NCBI GenBank assembly: GCA_964304625.1
Contig: OZ199839.1
Span: 2,684,519-2,748,518 of the forward strand
Direction of reading: 5' to 3'
DNA from: Kudoa neothunni
Lineage: Eukaryota; Animalia; Cnidaria
Length of the DNA stretch: 64,000 nt
Within the stretch, counting starts at the first letter, position 1. Every line of letters begins with the position of its first letter. A program made the position numbers and the translations under genes. Positions 26,416 through 39,071 of this stretch are shown here, piece by piece. The notes beneath the pieces were generated by a model that was given only the letters and a program-made list of their open reading frames with translations, made no database searches and was not told the DNA's origin.

Positions 26416-28323
26416 ATGAGTGGTGGAAAAATCAAAGTAAATACCTCAGTTCCAGTGTTTTTATGGAAACTTTGGGTGCTGCTGAGTGACAATCAAAACA
26501 ATTCATATATTCGTTGGTCAGAAGTGTGTTTTAGTGTTGTGTTTGGAATCGGGATTGATTAATACATAAAAATATTTAGAATGGTGACAGTTTTATTGTA
26601 ATGGATGTTTTGAATTTTTCCAAGAAGATCCTACCCCAATACTTTAAACATAATAATTTTGCTAGTTTTGTACGACAATTAAATCTATGTAAGTGATCTT
26701 TTATTTCAGCTGTTACTGCTTCTGTTTGTGTGCTTTCGGACACATGTATGTAATCGATTGAAATTAGATGGCTTTCGAAAAGTGATCGATGTCCAACAAG
26801 GAATATTGAGTAGTGCTGAACCGGAGCAATTTGAGTTTCAACATTCTCTGTTTAAACGAGGTAGACAGGATTTGATTGAACAAATCAAACGTCGGGTAAT
26901 TTCAACTATATTTTTGTTGAGCCAACGTATGTACTCAAATTTTTCGATATAGCTCGGCGGAAATAATAAAAAAGCAAAAGTAGAAAATTTTGAGACCACA
27001 TGCAGCCAAGTTCAAACTGTAGCTGAATCTCATCGCGAAATCTCCTCCCAATTGTCACTATTAAAAGAGTATCGCTGTTTTTGTTGGTCTCTTGTATTCT
27101 GAACAATTTTACATTTAGTCAGAACGAAAGAATATGGTCAGAATTGATTATGTTACGAGAACAACATGATCGACAGTCAAAAGTTTTAGATCGAGTATCC
27201 ACGGCTATTTCCTATTCATATGTTTATTGTTTACGTTATGTCTAATCAGAATTTGTTTTAGTTGATCAATTTTTTCGCTTCTGTCTTCAGACCATACAAT
27301 AGTGGACTTTCTCACACACTTGTTAATAACTTTATTCAAGATGGTGATAATTTGTCCAATTACAATAACTTTATATCAACTCTAACCAATGTCCCAACTA
27401 CCGACGATATCATCAACAATACCAATAGTAGTAGTAGTAACAACAACAACAGTCACAATGGTCAAAACAATACAAATATTAAACCATTCGAAAATCTATC
27501 CAATTTTAATTTTAACAATAATGCGTACTTAATATTTTACTTCAATTCCCATTGTGCAAATAATTAAATGTCTTTTAGATTGGCTGCTCTCACGTTCAAT
27601 ATGCCTTCTATCGAACAACAACAGCAACAACAACCTTTACAAACCCATCAATTACAACAGCATGATAATAGTGCACTTCTAGATGATGTATTTTTATTTG
27701 GGTCTTTATAAGGATATATGTGGTGATATTTTTTCCAGCGATTTCAACCCCTTAGTAGTACTGAAAATAGTTTTCAAGAGTTGCCTCTTGCAATTCCACC
27801 TGGTCCCTTAGATTCCGATGTATTTGGGACTATTGAAAGTGGCAACAAAGAGTTGAGGACCCTTGACAAACTTGAGTAAATTAAAAATTTTTAATAATGT
27901 TATTAATTGACTTTTTCCCTCTAGAAATAATCCCAACTACATACCATCCCTGTCGCACAGCCTATCAGATAATTTTCTACTACAACCAAATCTGGATAAC
28001 GTAGCCATCACCTTCCCAAACTTTAATCCCCTGAGTGCTAATACCAATAAAAGTAATTTGTATGGGTTGGCAGCTGTACCAACTGAATCCATTCAACGTC
28101 CATCCACATCAGCCGCATCCTCATCCAACAGTGGAATCGGTGTAAATGACAAATTGTATTTTTTTCATTCTCCAAACAAATTTTTTATCCGCTCTTTAGC
28201 CAAACATTAGTTGATAATTGTAGAGCTTTGGATCAAGAACTATCCACCATACAAGAATACCTTAAACTTCAAAATATTGAAGGATTTCAAATTGATGATA
28301 GTCATTTGGATGACAAATTATAA
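26416..28323 (+). CDS. HSF1: Heat shock transcription factor
   Basis: DBD motifs [35 protein letters not shown] and [14 protein letters not shown] segment [21 protein letters not shown]- and Q-rich linkers, and an HR-C-like [12 protein letters not shown]. Short GT-AG introns; TAA at 28321-28323. Confidence 0.9.
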
Positions 28324-29886
28324 TATAATCGTCTATTAATATTTATTTTTATCTTAAACGTTGATTTCTGATCCAATATTGCAGTATAAAATGAATGTCA
28401 CGACGTTCTACACCATTCAATGCTTGGGAGTTGGATCGCTCATTTGAAAATGTTTATGCTTGTTTTATAATAATTTTCACCTGTTAGGAAATATTTTTGT
28501 TTTATGTTTTCATTATAAATGATTTTGGGATTGTTTTTTCGTTACCTACCAATTTTTTACGTAGAAAGTTGGGATGCTTATTAAACATTCTTTCGGTTGT
28601 TAATTTTGAATGGTCGATGATGCTTGTTGCGCACTATCGTAGATGGAGTAAATTCTGAGTGTAAAATAGTAAGATTTTGTGATAGTTTGAAATTATAAAA
28701 CGTGTTAAGCTAGTCAGTATGGTTATAGACAGTCTAAAATGGAATAACTTAATTTTACATAATCATTTAACTCTCTATGAATTTCTTGGGGTTGAAAATG
28801 TATAACACCGCTTCTATTTATTTGATTATTGTCATTGGCCAGGGGTTGGCGACCCGCTAAGATTGCTGGATCGGATAGTCACGCTAAACTAGAAGGCAGG
28901 TTAATATATACATAAATGCTTTAGCTATAATGAGTTTTTCACTAAAATACTAATATATCTAGTTCATCCGCAAATGATAATTTATTTCCATCTTTAACTG
29001 ATAAAGAGCCCCATTTAACTTAATTATTGTCCAAAAAAGACAAGAAAAATAGTTAAAACGTTCAATTAATTATTAAATCTCTTTTTTGTGAAGGGATGCC
29101 GAGTTGTCTTTATATGTGTTAGGGGGTGCGAGAACTAAAATGAATCGGGAAGCGCTGGAATAAAGGTGTTTTATTATTTTAGAAATGTAAGAGAACACGA
29201 ATACACAATAAAAATATTTAACATTTGAAGAAATTGTTAATAAAAATTGATGATTTCAGATAACATAGCCTCTGTCTTCTTTAATTGACTTTGACTGCAA
29301 AATTTTCTTTAAACTTTAAAATTTTTTTCATGTTTAAGTAATAGATATTATGATTATAAAAAATAAACCAACAAATGATATGTGAAAGCAATAAGTCAAT
29401 TTTTAGGAGTGCTTAACTTGTCCGCAAGAAGTGATAAAATTTATCTTTAGTGAATAGAAGGAATTTATTGTATAAACAATAAAATAAATACCAGTAGTTG
29501 ATTATTAAGAGAGATTATGGTGTTATTTCTTATGTAAAATTATTATAAGATGGAGTCCTATTTTCGATGAAGCATCGTAATTTGATATTAGTAATACTAG
29601 CGTAGCAAATTGAGCCAATTAATGAGAAATTCAAAAAATGCACACACGAGCACATATTACTCTCTATGACTAAATAAAATCTCTCCATCCCACAGACAAA
29701 TAGCTTGTCTCAATTCTAACAGATAATCATGATTTATTGTATATTATAAATGTAGAAAAGAGGGTATAATTTGGAACAGAGAATAAATTTTTTAAAATAT
29801 CCTTATTAAATAAAACATGAAAAATTCATTTTATTTCAAACAATTATTTTTCAGATGATGTTTTCACAACATAAAACTTTAAAATG

Positions 29887-31381
29887 TTATAAATAACCAA
29901 ACGTGAGGAAGCCTGTGTGCCCAGATATTTCCTTATATGAGCAGGTCAGAATTTTTTCCGGTTGCTCCTGCATATCATCCTGCAAACATAATTATACAGA
30001 GCCATTAAAACACATAAAATACACTAAATTTCGTTCTTTTTTGAGGCATAGTTTCATTATCGTTGTCGTCATTGGTGGAGCTCGACTACAACATCAACCT
30101 ATCAACAAATCACATTCAAATGATAATTACGGTATTTTTGGATAAATGTCTCTCAAAAAAATATGGTTTTTCCAAACACTCAATAGTCTTTATTTCTACC
30201 AAATAAAGTTTACCCAACATTTAAAAAGATGCGTTACTTTTGAATTTGAATAATTCCAGCTGTTCAACGGTTCTTTGAACCTGTTCAATGCACGGAGAAA
30301 ACGAGCAAAAACTCCCACCCGATTTCTTTTTGTGAGTTAGCAAAAACAGCAAAAATATACACCAAACTCACTTTAAGAATATTGAACGCGTGTTTAACAG
30401 CCAAAAAAGGTTTTGGTAGGTCGAAAATAACTAAAAATTCTTACACAACTTTTAGAATGTTCAAAATCATACCCGCATCGACACCATTTTCCAATGAGTT
30501 TTCTTCGTCAATTTTAAATCCATCATTACACACATCAACATGATAAACATTGACTATATCTTGGTAGCCATGATCGTTAAATTCGCATCTAAAAATAGTT
30601 CAAACTCCTTATTTTCATGTCATTACATTAAATAAAAATTGCTTTCATTCCACCGTATAAACTATAAAAACTTAACTCGACCTTAAAAATTGTAAAAATA
30701 ATGAACTATGATTACGCATTAAAACTGTTCATTTCCTCTCATAAAGAAAAAATTTAACATTGACTTAACAGTTGATTCTCAGTCTCAGTGCGTAAATTTA
30801 CTTGGCTTGTTCATAACGCAGTTCATTAAATTCAAATGTATGCAATTTTCCAATTGGTGCAATTGCATTAGCTAAAGAATGCGACAACGAACCACTTCCA
30901 GTTCCTATAGAATTATTGTTATGAACTACACAATTCGTACACATTACCAGATTCCACTACAATTGAACCAGGCTTTAGATTTAAAAAGAAAACAATCTGG
31001 CTGATATTAGTAGAATAAATTATTTGAGTTCGATGAGAAAGAGATTTCATCCACAAATAGGGGCTTGGAAACAATGCATAAACGTGACCTTTTCGCTTGC
31101 ACGTAGAAAATATCTATGTAAACATGTTTTATTACATAATTACCAAATTAATCTAAACAAAACTTTTGAGCCATATTGTTTGCCAATAATGTCATTGTGA
31201 CTAAATGAGCCGAATTTCATTGAAGTAACAGCATTTTTTGTGACTGTAATGGCCAAGTACTGGGGTTGCTATTGTTTTATTTAATTTATGGATAAGTTAA
31301 AATGGCGAAGGAAAAATTCACCGCAAGCAGCACAACGACGTTTCCCTCCTCAATAATTTCTGTTCTCTCTGAAAATTTCAT
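29887..31381 (-). CDS. TRMT61A: tRNA (adenine58-N1)-methyltransferase catalytic subunit (Trm61/GCD14)
   Basis: Spliced translation gives [58 protein letters not shown] and [11 protein letters not shown] at 31381, TAA at 29889-29887. All exons are too short for the ORF track. Confidence 0.93.
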
Positions 31382-33035
31382 GTGTCCAATGTGTGTGCAC
31401 GCATCCATGCACTAATATTTTCGTTACCTAAAATCTTTAATCTCTTCGATCCCAATTAGTTTTACCTATGAAAAAATATATATGCTTAAATTATAATTAT
31501 CTTTTACTACATTCGATAATCGATTTTGCACACTTTTTGTGAAGTTATTTGATTATAACTCCAAATGTTTCCAATGTTTATATAAGCAAATATATTAAAC
31601 CTGGGGTAATTTCGGTTCAATCAATAGACTGTAAATGATTTAAACTGCGTAGCAAAAATCAAACAACGTTTCGATTTTTCACGCTTTATTCCAGCCACTC
31701 CGTTGATCAATGTAGCACCATTCGCAGAAAAATTAAAAATTTAACAGTAAGCGAAGATAAAAATACAACAAAATTCGAAGGAAAATACAAGGTAATAAAA
31801 TACTTCGAAAATCTTACATAAATAAACGTTAAGATAGTTACTATGAGATATTTCAACATAACAAATATAGCAATCCTAAATGACCTCCTCGAAAGAAGAA
31901 CTAAATTTTCTTTCTAATTTAAAAAAGTTTAGATCGTTTCCAAACATTGTTAGAATTGGAAATTGATTTGTATATGTCAAAATTGACACAAATCAAAATT
32001 AGTGATTTTTCCAAAATTCGAAACTAAGAATCGCTTGATTTTTTGTCTGTTATAGAATTTATATTCGTTTATATTATTTCAATAAAAAAACATCAGTTTT
32101 TCTCCTAAGTTCCAAAAGAGGATATACACACTGAACCCTCCAAACCTGTGGGAGGGGGGTCCATTTGACACCAACGCAATGCCTGAATAATCTAAAGCTT
32201 ATCTGTTAATCAAATAGGTTAATAACGAGTAGTATTTCTCTAAACGCTGTATATTTTTTTAATATTTGTTCAAAAATCGTAAGGAACTTTTATCCAGCTT
32301 AAAATAACAATTACTAATATCACGTCGTTTTCAGGATCCAATTGACCCCACGACTCTCTTTTATGTAAGGAATGTAAAAATTATTTCATATAATTTATGA
32401 AATTTTGGAATAATTCTATCGATTAAATAAATAACAAAATACGATACAAATGATGATCACCTGCTAGCGCGACATCGATATAAGCATATCATCCCTGTCT
32501 GGATACAGCCATAGCCCCTCAGATTATGATGACTCTTTACACTGATTATTCAACCTATGAAAACTCTCCATTATTTTTCATAGTTTCGTCTTATAGGTGG
32601 CATTAAAAAAACACATGTGATAACTATTTTATGAAATAATAGTTGTTTGCAAGCATTTCATGTTTCATGATAATATTACATCGCGTTGTTTATAAGAAGA
32701 TAAATTAACATAAAGTAGTTGAACTATTGGCTTAAATAAAAAACACAGAACTAAACCTATAAATACAATCATAATCCAAAGTAACGTACCAACATGTAGT
32801 GTTGTGCTAACGCAAGCAAGACATAGCATTAATAATTGACCGTTTATGCACAATTCAAACGATTAATTTTCTTCATATTTTTAATGTCGATATTAACTTT
32901 TATTTAGGACAATTTTAGGAAATAAAAACGTGTAATACACTTCTACACCGTTTTTATTTGGATTATATAGCTTTTTCAGCTACTACGATGGTACATAATG
33001 CATGCTGTTCTTTATGAATCCGTATTGAATGGAAA

Positions 33036-35024
33036 ATTATCTGTTTACATTTTAAAATATGGCGTGATTACAAATATCTTTAAAAATGTCAGTTTAAAAA
33101 AATCAACAAGAATGCAGCTTCGATCATTATCGTAGCGTGCGCACCATTTTGCGCGTTCTTTTTTTATGTTGTATTTCTCTAAGTTTCCACATATATGTAA
33201 CTTTGAGACTAGCAGTATCTCCAACCTAGTCGTATTATAGTATTTAAGTGTAAAAACCATATTTGACTCGGTAGTAATAGATTTAGATAATTTGGTTGAA
33301 TTTAAATTAACTTTTATCCATAAAGAATTCTAAATATTAAAAGTTTCGTTGATTGGAAATGTCAAAACCAATTAACTTTAGTTTATATAATTTTCTTAGT
33401 GGTTTATATCTTTAATGGTACGAGAAATTGTGACATTACTATGACTATCATAATATCTCTCATATTTGTGATACATTTATAATTATAAGAATTTCTTTTG
33501 CATAAGGAGGTTATATAATGATCTCCAGCTATAGTCGAATGTCAACATATTAAAAATGAAACATTCTGTTTTAAGATTTCGTCGCCCAAAACAACCAACA
33601 AGTGGTACACGGCTGTTGTAAAATTTTTAGCAAGTTATATTACATGGAAATAAAAAAGTGATCGGCTCACAAAAATATATATTGCTTAGTAATATATTTA
33701 CATTTTTGAATGCAACATCCCCTTACGTTTGGGCGACCTTTTTTTTTATTTATTTGCATATTTAAGAGTTAATCTGATTAGATTGAAGAGTTGAATTTGA
33801 GGAAACCTAAGTTGTTTAAATATTTTGGTATCCATACTTGAAAAATTGCTGGAGCATACGTTTAACGCTTCTATACGAATAATTCGAAGCACATACATGT
33901 CGATATCAATAAACACGCGGTGCTTTAACTACTGCTATATACTCAATACAAATATTAATAGCCATTATTTATGACTATTTTAAAAATAATTATTGATAGG
34001 TCCTATTGTTTATTTTATTAAATTTGCAACAGAACAATTATTCGCCAAATACTTTATACTCTATCAACTTATATTTGACCGAATAAAAATTACGGAATCC
34101 CCAGATGATACACAAAGATTCTAATAGTTATATTACAAATAATGAATCTTGGACTAATTTATTGTTGGTAAACAGAGGTTCTTTAGAGAAACAAGAGCCT
34201 ACCAACCAAGAAGTGCGGTACGGATAAATTCTCGCTAATCTCCTATTAAGTCGAAGTATGTATAAAACTTACGTATACATGGCTTAAAAATCAATTACAA
34301 AAAATTTATATATATAACTAAGTAAAATAGATTAATATGCATATAATAGACCATTTTTCTTGAAATTCTATAGGAATAAATATGCGGATTATGAAATAAA
34401 TATAATCTCTAAGGCATATTTTTTAGATTCGAAAAAAAATTAGTTTCTATACTTACTTTTTAACCTTATAGAGGCATTCCTGGAACAGTCAAGAAGTCAA
34501 TAGTTCAGTTTCGGAGTAACGCGAAAAATACTGAAATTGGGGTCCCTAATGGACCCCGCATCGGACAGGGAGGGTGAATAAGTTTAGCAAGGTTTTTTGA
34601 TCTAGAAGCAGCTTGTAAAACTGGCGCTGTGACTTAAATTCTACCATTACTAAGTTTCATTCGGTAACATGTTTCAGAAACCTTTTAAACATAACTCGCT
34701 AATTCATCTCTGATCAAAATTTTTCACATTAATAATTAAAATCACAAAAACTATATTTAACACCAAAAATGTAAAACTAAAGTAGAGGTCTATAGATAAT
34801 TCTAATTATATTACAAAATGTAATTAAATTGAATATAATAATAATAATAATCTCAAAGTTGCGCATATATGAGGAAACTTAGGGAAATACAGCATAAAAA
34901 AGAACGCGCAATGTTGTTCGCACGCTACGATAATGGCCGAAGCTGCATTTTTGTTGATTTTTTAAACTGATATTTTTCAAGATATTTGTGATCACTCCAT
35001 ATTTAAAAAATGTAAACAGATGAT
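33036..35024. repeat. ~170-bp inverted repeat pair (33036-33208 / 34851-35024)
   Basis: For example, GCAGCTTCGATCATTATCGTAGCGTGCG matches the reverse complement of CGCACGCTACGATAATGGCCGAAGCTGC. Similarity runs along both arms. Confidence 0.8.
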
Positions 35025-35260
35025 TTATTATAAAAACGGAAGGTTTGTACACGCGCAAAAGAACGAATTTTTGGAGGCAGATACTCCCGCATTACCGAAA
35101 AATTGTTCTATGCAATTTATAAACTAAAAGTTAATAAAACTAGTCAATTTTAATAATTAATTAATTAATTAACGATTACCTTACATATTGTATATTGAGT
35201 TACTTGTAACGCTATATAAGTAATTTACCTTTCCAAATATTTTATTAGGGTTAATTAACT

Positions 35261-35263
<3 letters not shown>

Positions 35264-35295
<32 letters not shown>
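35264..35295. repeat. (TA)n microsatellite
   Basis: Direct TA run. Similar runs occur at about 13564-13583 and 61478-61501. Confidence 0.9.
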
Positions 35296-35299
<4 letters not shown>

Positions 35300-35765
35300 A
35301 CAGCTATAGGAACTAACTTTTTTCCAATGTATACGTAGAAAAAAAAACAGTTCGAATCATCCGATACAATCAGAAGATATCGATTCTAAAGTATTCTTAG
35401 ATTTTTTCCTTATTCATTCGATATAATTATTTTTTACTAAAAAATGCGAACAAATATGATTATAAAAACTAAAATAAACAATAAAAAAGTGGGACCTATT
35501 CGACTCCAAAAACGACGTGGTGTATTGGCGATTTTGACGTGCTTGGAGGGTTAAATACTACGATCGGAAACTAATTTTTCACAATTTTTGCATCTTCCGT
35601 AAGGAAATACTCAGAATCAGTTGCATACTGTAAAATGACTACAATATGAATCAAATATTTGACTCGAAAATGCGCAATTATTTGAATTATACACAACAGC
35701 AAAATAAAGCCCACGTTATTTAATTTATTTAACAATATATAAAACTACATAATATTCTACAAATT

Positions 35766-38657
35766 CTACATGTTATCGAGGGTTTCTGTGATGCGAGAAG
35801 AAATATCTTTGCCGGGAACAACTTCTACAATAAATACCAATGAAGGAATTTGATAAAGTGAATGGAATATTTGGATTACCTTGGTTGAAATGGGCGGCAG
35901 TACGTTTGCGTATATTGCTGATAGAGGTGGAATCATTAGCCCATTCGAGAACCAATCTTCTTCCGTACAAATGAGTACTGTATCTCATGCACTCAAAACA
36001 ATACTAAAACAATAATTAGAACAATATCACAATAGTTGGAAGATATACCTTGGCATCTTCCATAGTCAAAAATTCCACAAAAGCGAAACCCCTATGTTGA
36101 TTTTTCAGAGCTGAATTTGTCGTAGAGAGTTTCTGGGGTAGACGTACATTTTTTACATTTCCATAGGTTCTAACATAACAGTTAGCCAAAACAAAATCGC
36201 TTATAAGATACTTGAACAACTCCATCACATCATTTCTAGTGGCTTCAAATGGAATATTTCTGACAAGGATTTTAGGAGCATCTCCCTCATCAGTTTGGGT
36301 GGTTGCAGAAGCGTCATTGCTTAACATGGCTGTTCTAAATCCATTAATATTGAATTGATTAAATAACTCAACTTAGTTAGTAAGTTACTTAGGGACAATT
36401 GTTCTATCGGATAGTTTCATCTCTATGGGACTCTCATCGATTGAGCACCCCTATTTGAGTGAATCAAAAACAACAAAAAATCATAGATTGAAGCAATTAG
36501 AGGTTCACCTGTAGTGTCTTAACGCATTGTTTCGCATCGGCCGCATTGCCGAATTCAATGAATCCATAACCAAGAGATTCATTCAAATTGTTGGGGTTTT
36601 TGCGAGCCAATGTTACACCTACCACTCCAGCCACCTCTTCCACGCACTAAAGAATTAAAACAACTTCTCATCAACATCCATTATCAAACTGATTATTGAC
36701 CTTTTTGATAGTTTCTTCGGTGGTAGAAGGATTGAGATTTTTCACAAAAACAACACAACCTGAAACGGGTGTAACTTGGGGTGGATTAACGGAGGTAGAC
36801 TCATGATTGCTAGTTGTAGAAGGTTGTTGTTTGGTGGACAGTGCTTCTTTCGGAGCCCATTCCAAATACAGCGGAGTAAATCTAAACTGAAGGAACCTCA
36901 ATATTTTGACTTGTATCATTAGAATTACTCTAGTGAACGCAAGTTTATTAAATGCTAGCTTGGCGACATTCGAGTCTTCAAATTTGATAATAGCTGTCAC
37001 ACCATAAGGTGGAACAATAACTCTAGGTTTGATCACCATTTTCGATTCGTCATTGGAGTTCATTTTTGAAAGTATAAATTCCATGAGTTGGGCTGAGGTG
37101 ACATTCTCAGGTAGATTTTTGGCCAATAAAACACAATCACTCTTTTCGTTGTTATCAGCCTACCAACAATAGATTGATCTAATTATCGGACATTCCAGTG
37201 ATTCTTACTTGTCCGAATGAATCCAAATTCACACCATTAGATTCAAGGAAATGTTTGGTTTCATTCACAAGCGCGGTTTCACCAGCAGCAATAGATACTG
37301 CTGGATTATTGGCAAAAGATGGATCCAACAATAGTTGTTCTTTTGTAACGCCCAGTCGTTTCGATAGAATATTCGCGACTGTGTTCTGATTGATAAACAG
37401 TGTGTTCCAAGTGTGTGTCATATTGGCACCTTCTTTCTTCAGGCGTTTCAGTTTTTTCAGTTTGTAGGAGTTAGTGGAACCTGATACTGAAGCATTAACA
37501 AAGTCATCTACTTCGTCTGATTTGGCGGGAACCAATCGAAGCAATCTTCCTTTAAAAATAAAGTTGTTCAATTGATTGAAAGCTGTCACAGCGTTTTCCG
37601 GCAACATATATGTCACAAACGCACAACCGATGGGCTTGGATGTGTCTTTATGGGTGGGCATATTTATATCAACGACAGGACCATAATTTTCAAAAAGTTG
37701 TTTAATTTCAGCCGAATCACACACATAGGGAAGATTGGTCACAAACAACCTACCAGTATCCAACAGTGTTTGTTCACATATTCCTTCATCATTTGGACCG
37801 GTGATATAACGGGGTTGTTTAGTAACTTTCGATCGGTTGGATTCAAGTATTTTCACAGTGTTACCCTTGAGAACTTTACCAGACAATTTGACCGCCTTTG
37901 TAAGGTCGGTTTCGTTGGAAAAATCTGCATAAGCTACGCAGGTTTTCTTTCGTTCACCAACCGGCAAAATTCGAATATCCAACACATCTAAACCCTGGAA
38001 AAATTTCAACAATCTATTCAATTTTATATTTGGTCTAAGATTGGATAGTTTGGCAGTGTACAGAATTTCTGTGGTGGATTGGTCAGCAACTTCTGCAACT
38101 GCTTCGCAATGCTCTTCGTTGACATCGGTTGGTGGCTCAATAGGTTTAACACCGTTCAATAACATATATTCGTTAAATTGATCTCGATCTTCAGCACTAA
38201 TACCACAACTTTCCAAAATCATGGTTTCATGTTTCGAAAGTTGTTTAGTTTTCGAGTTTTTGTTAGATTCAGTTTGATTATTACTAGATGGGGAAATGTC
38301 TTTGTTTTTAAACTCTTTGATGATTTGAATTCTCTCAATACGATCTTTTTCACTTTTCAAATAGGCAGAACTTGTTTTCGAATATCTACTCCAAGGTCGC
38401 TCAAGGGTTTGGTCGTTAACTGACCTAGCAAACTCGACCACTATTTTACAGGTGTCAATATAGGTTTGATTCATTTTGGTGACGGCGTTTTGAGCTTCAT
38501 CTTCGTTTGAAAACCCTACAAACGCTATTCTCCTGAAAACATCCCCTTGAGCGTAAATCATTCGTGTGTCCGTGATAGTTCCGTAAACGGAAAACAATTG
38601 ATTTAAACGTTCTTTATTAATATATTTCGGAAGGTTTTTGACAATAACTCTACTCAT
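35766..38657 (-). CDS. RBM19: RNA-binding motif protein 19 / Mrd1 (multi-RRM pre-rRNA processing factor)
   Basis: MSRVIVKNLP start, RPWSRYS, GRLFVTNLPY, HTWNTLF, PLYLEWAP, KILVRNIPFEA, HRGFAFVEF and STHLYGRRLVLEWA. Short introns; TAG at 35768-35766. Confidence 0.95.
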
Positions 38658-39071
38658 CTTGAAGGGAAGCAATCTAAAACATAATTAAAATTATACGAGA
38701 TGAAAATAATTTTATTAAATTTGATTAGTTAAAGAATTAAATTACTCTTATACAAAGATAATTATGCGATAAATTAGAGAAGAGGGAAGCACGGCCACAA
38801 TGATGCGAACTTAAACGACACGTCTTATTGTATAAAACATGGGATTCCGATGATTAATGATTGATTAAAATTCCAACAAACTTCATTTATTTGGGTCTTC
38901 TATAATGAATTGTAATATACTAATTTACATAAAATTTAATAGAAATATGATCAATTTGATTATATAGTAGAATGAGGTTATAATGTTAAGGTGGAGGAAT
39001 TTGGTGGATTAAGTTGTAATAAGTGAATGAACACGGGTGTTCGTTCCACTAGCTAATTCTAACTAGTTTGA

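Larger units (their letters stand above)
32136..35550. mobile_element. Non-autonomous piggyBac-type element with nested insertions
   Basis: Ends CCCTCCAAAC...GCTTGGAGGG+TTAA. Subterminal inverted CACGTCGTTTT/AAAACGACGTG lies next to GGGTCC..GACCC-type palindromes. Confidence 0.55.

Noticed and set aside
30589-30801. Longer (213-nt) TRMT61A intron as a snoRNA host
   Set aside because: No convincing C/D or H/ACA boxes, only a short AT-rich hairpin.
16155-38423. Antisense ORFs such as 16330..16740, 18547..18948, 37572..37991 and 38178..38423
   Set aside because: They are shadows of real genes on the opposite strand, with no independent coding evidence.
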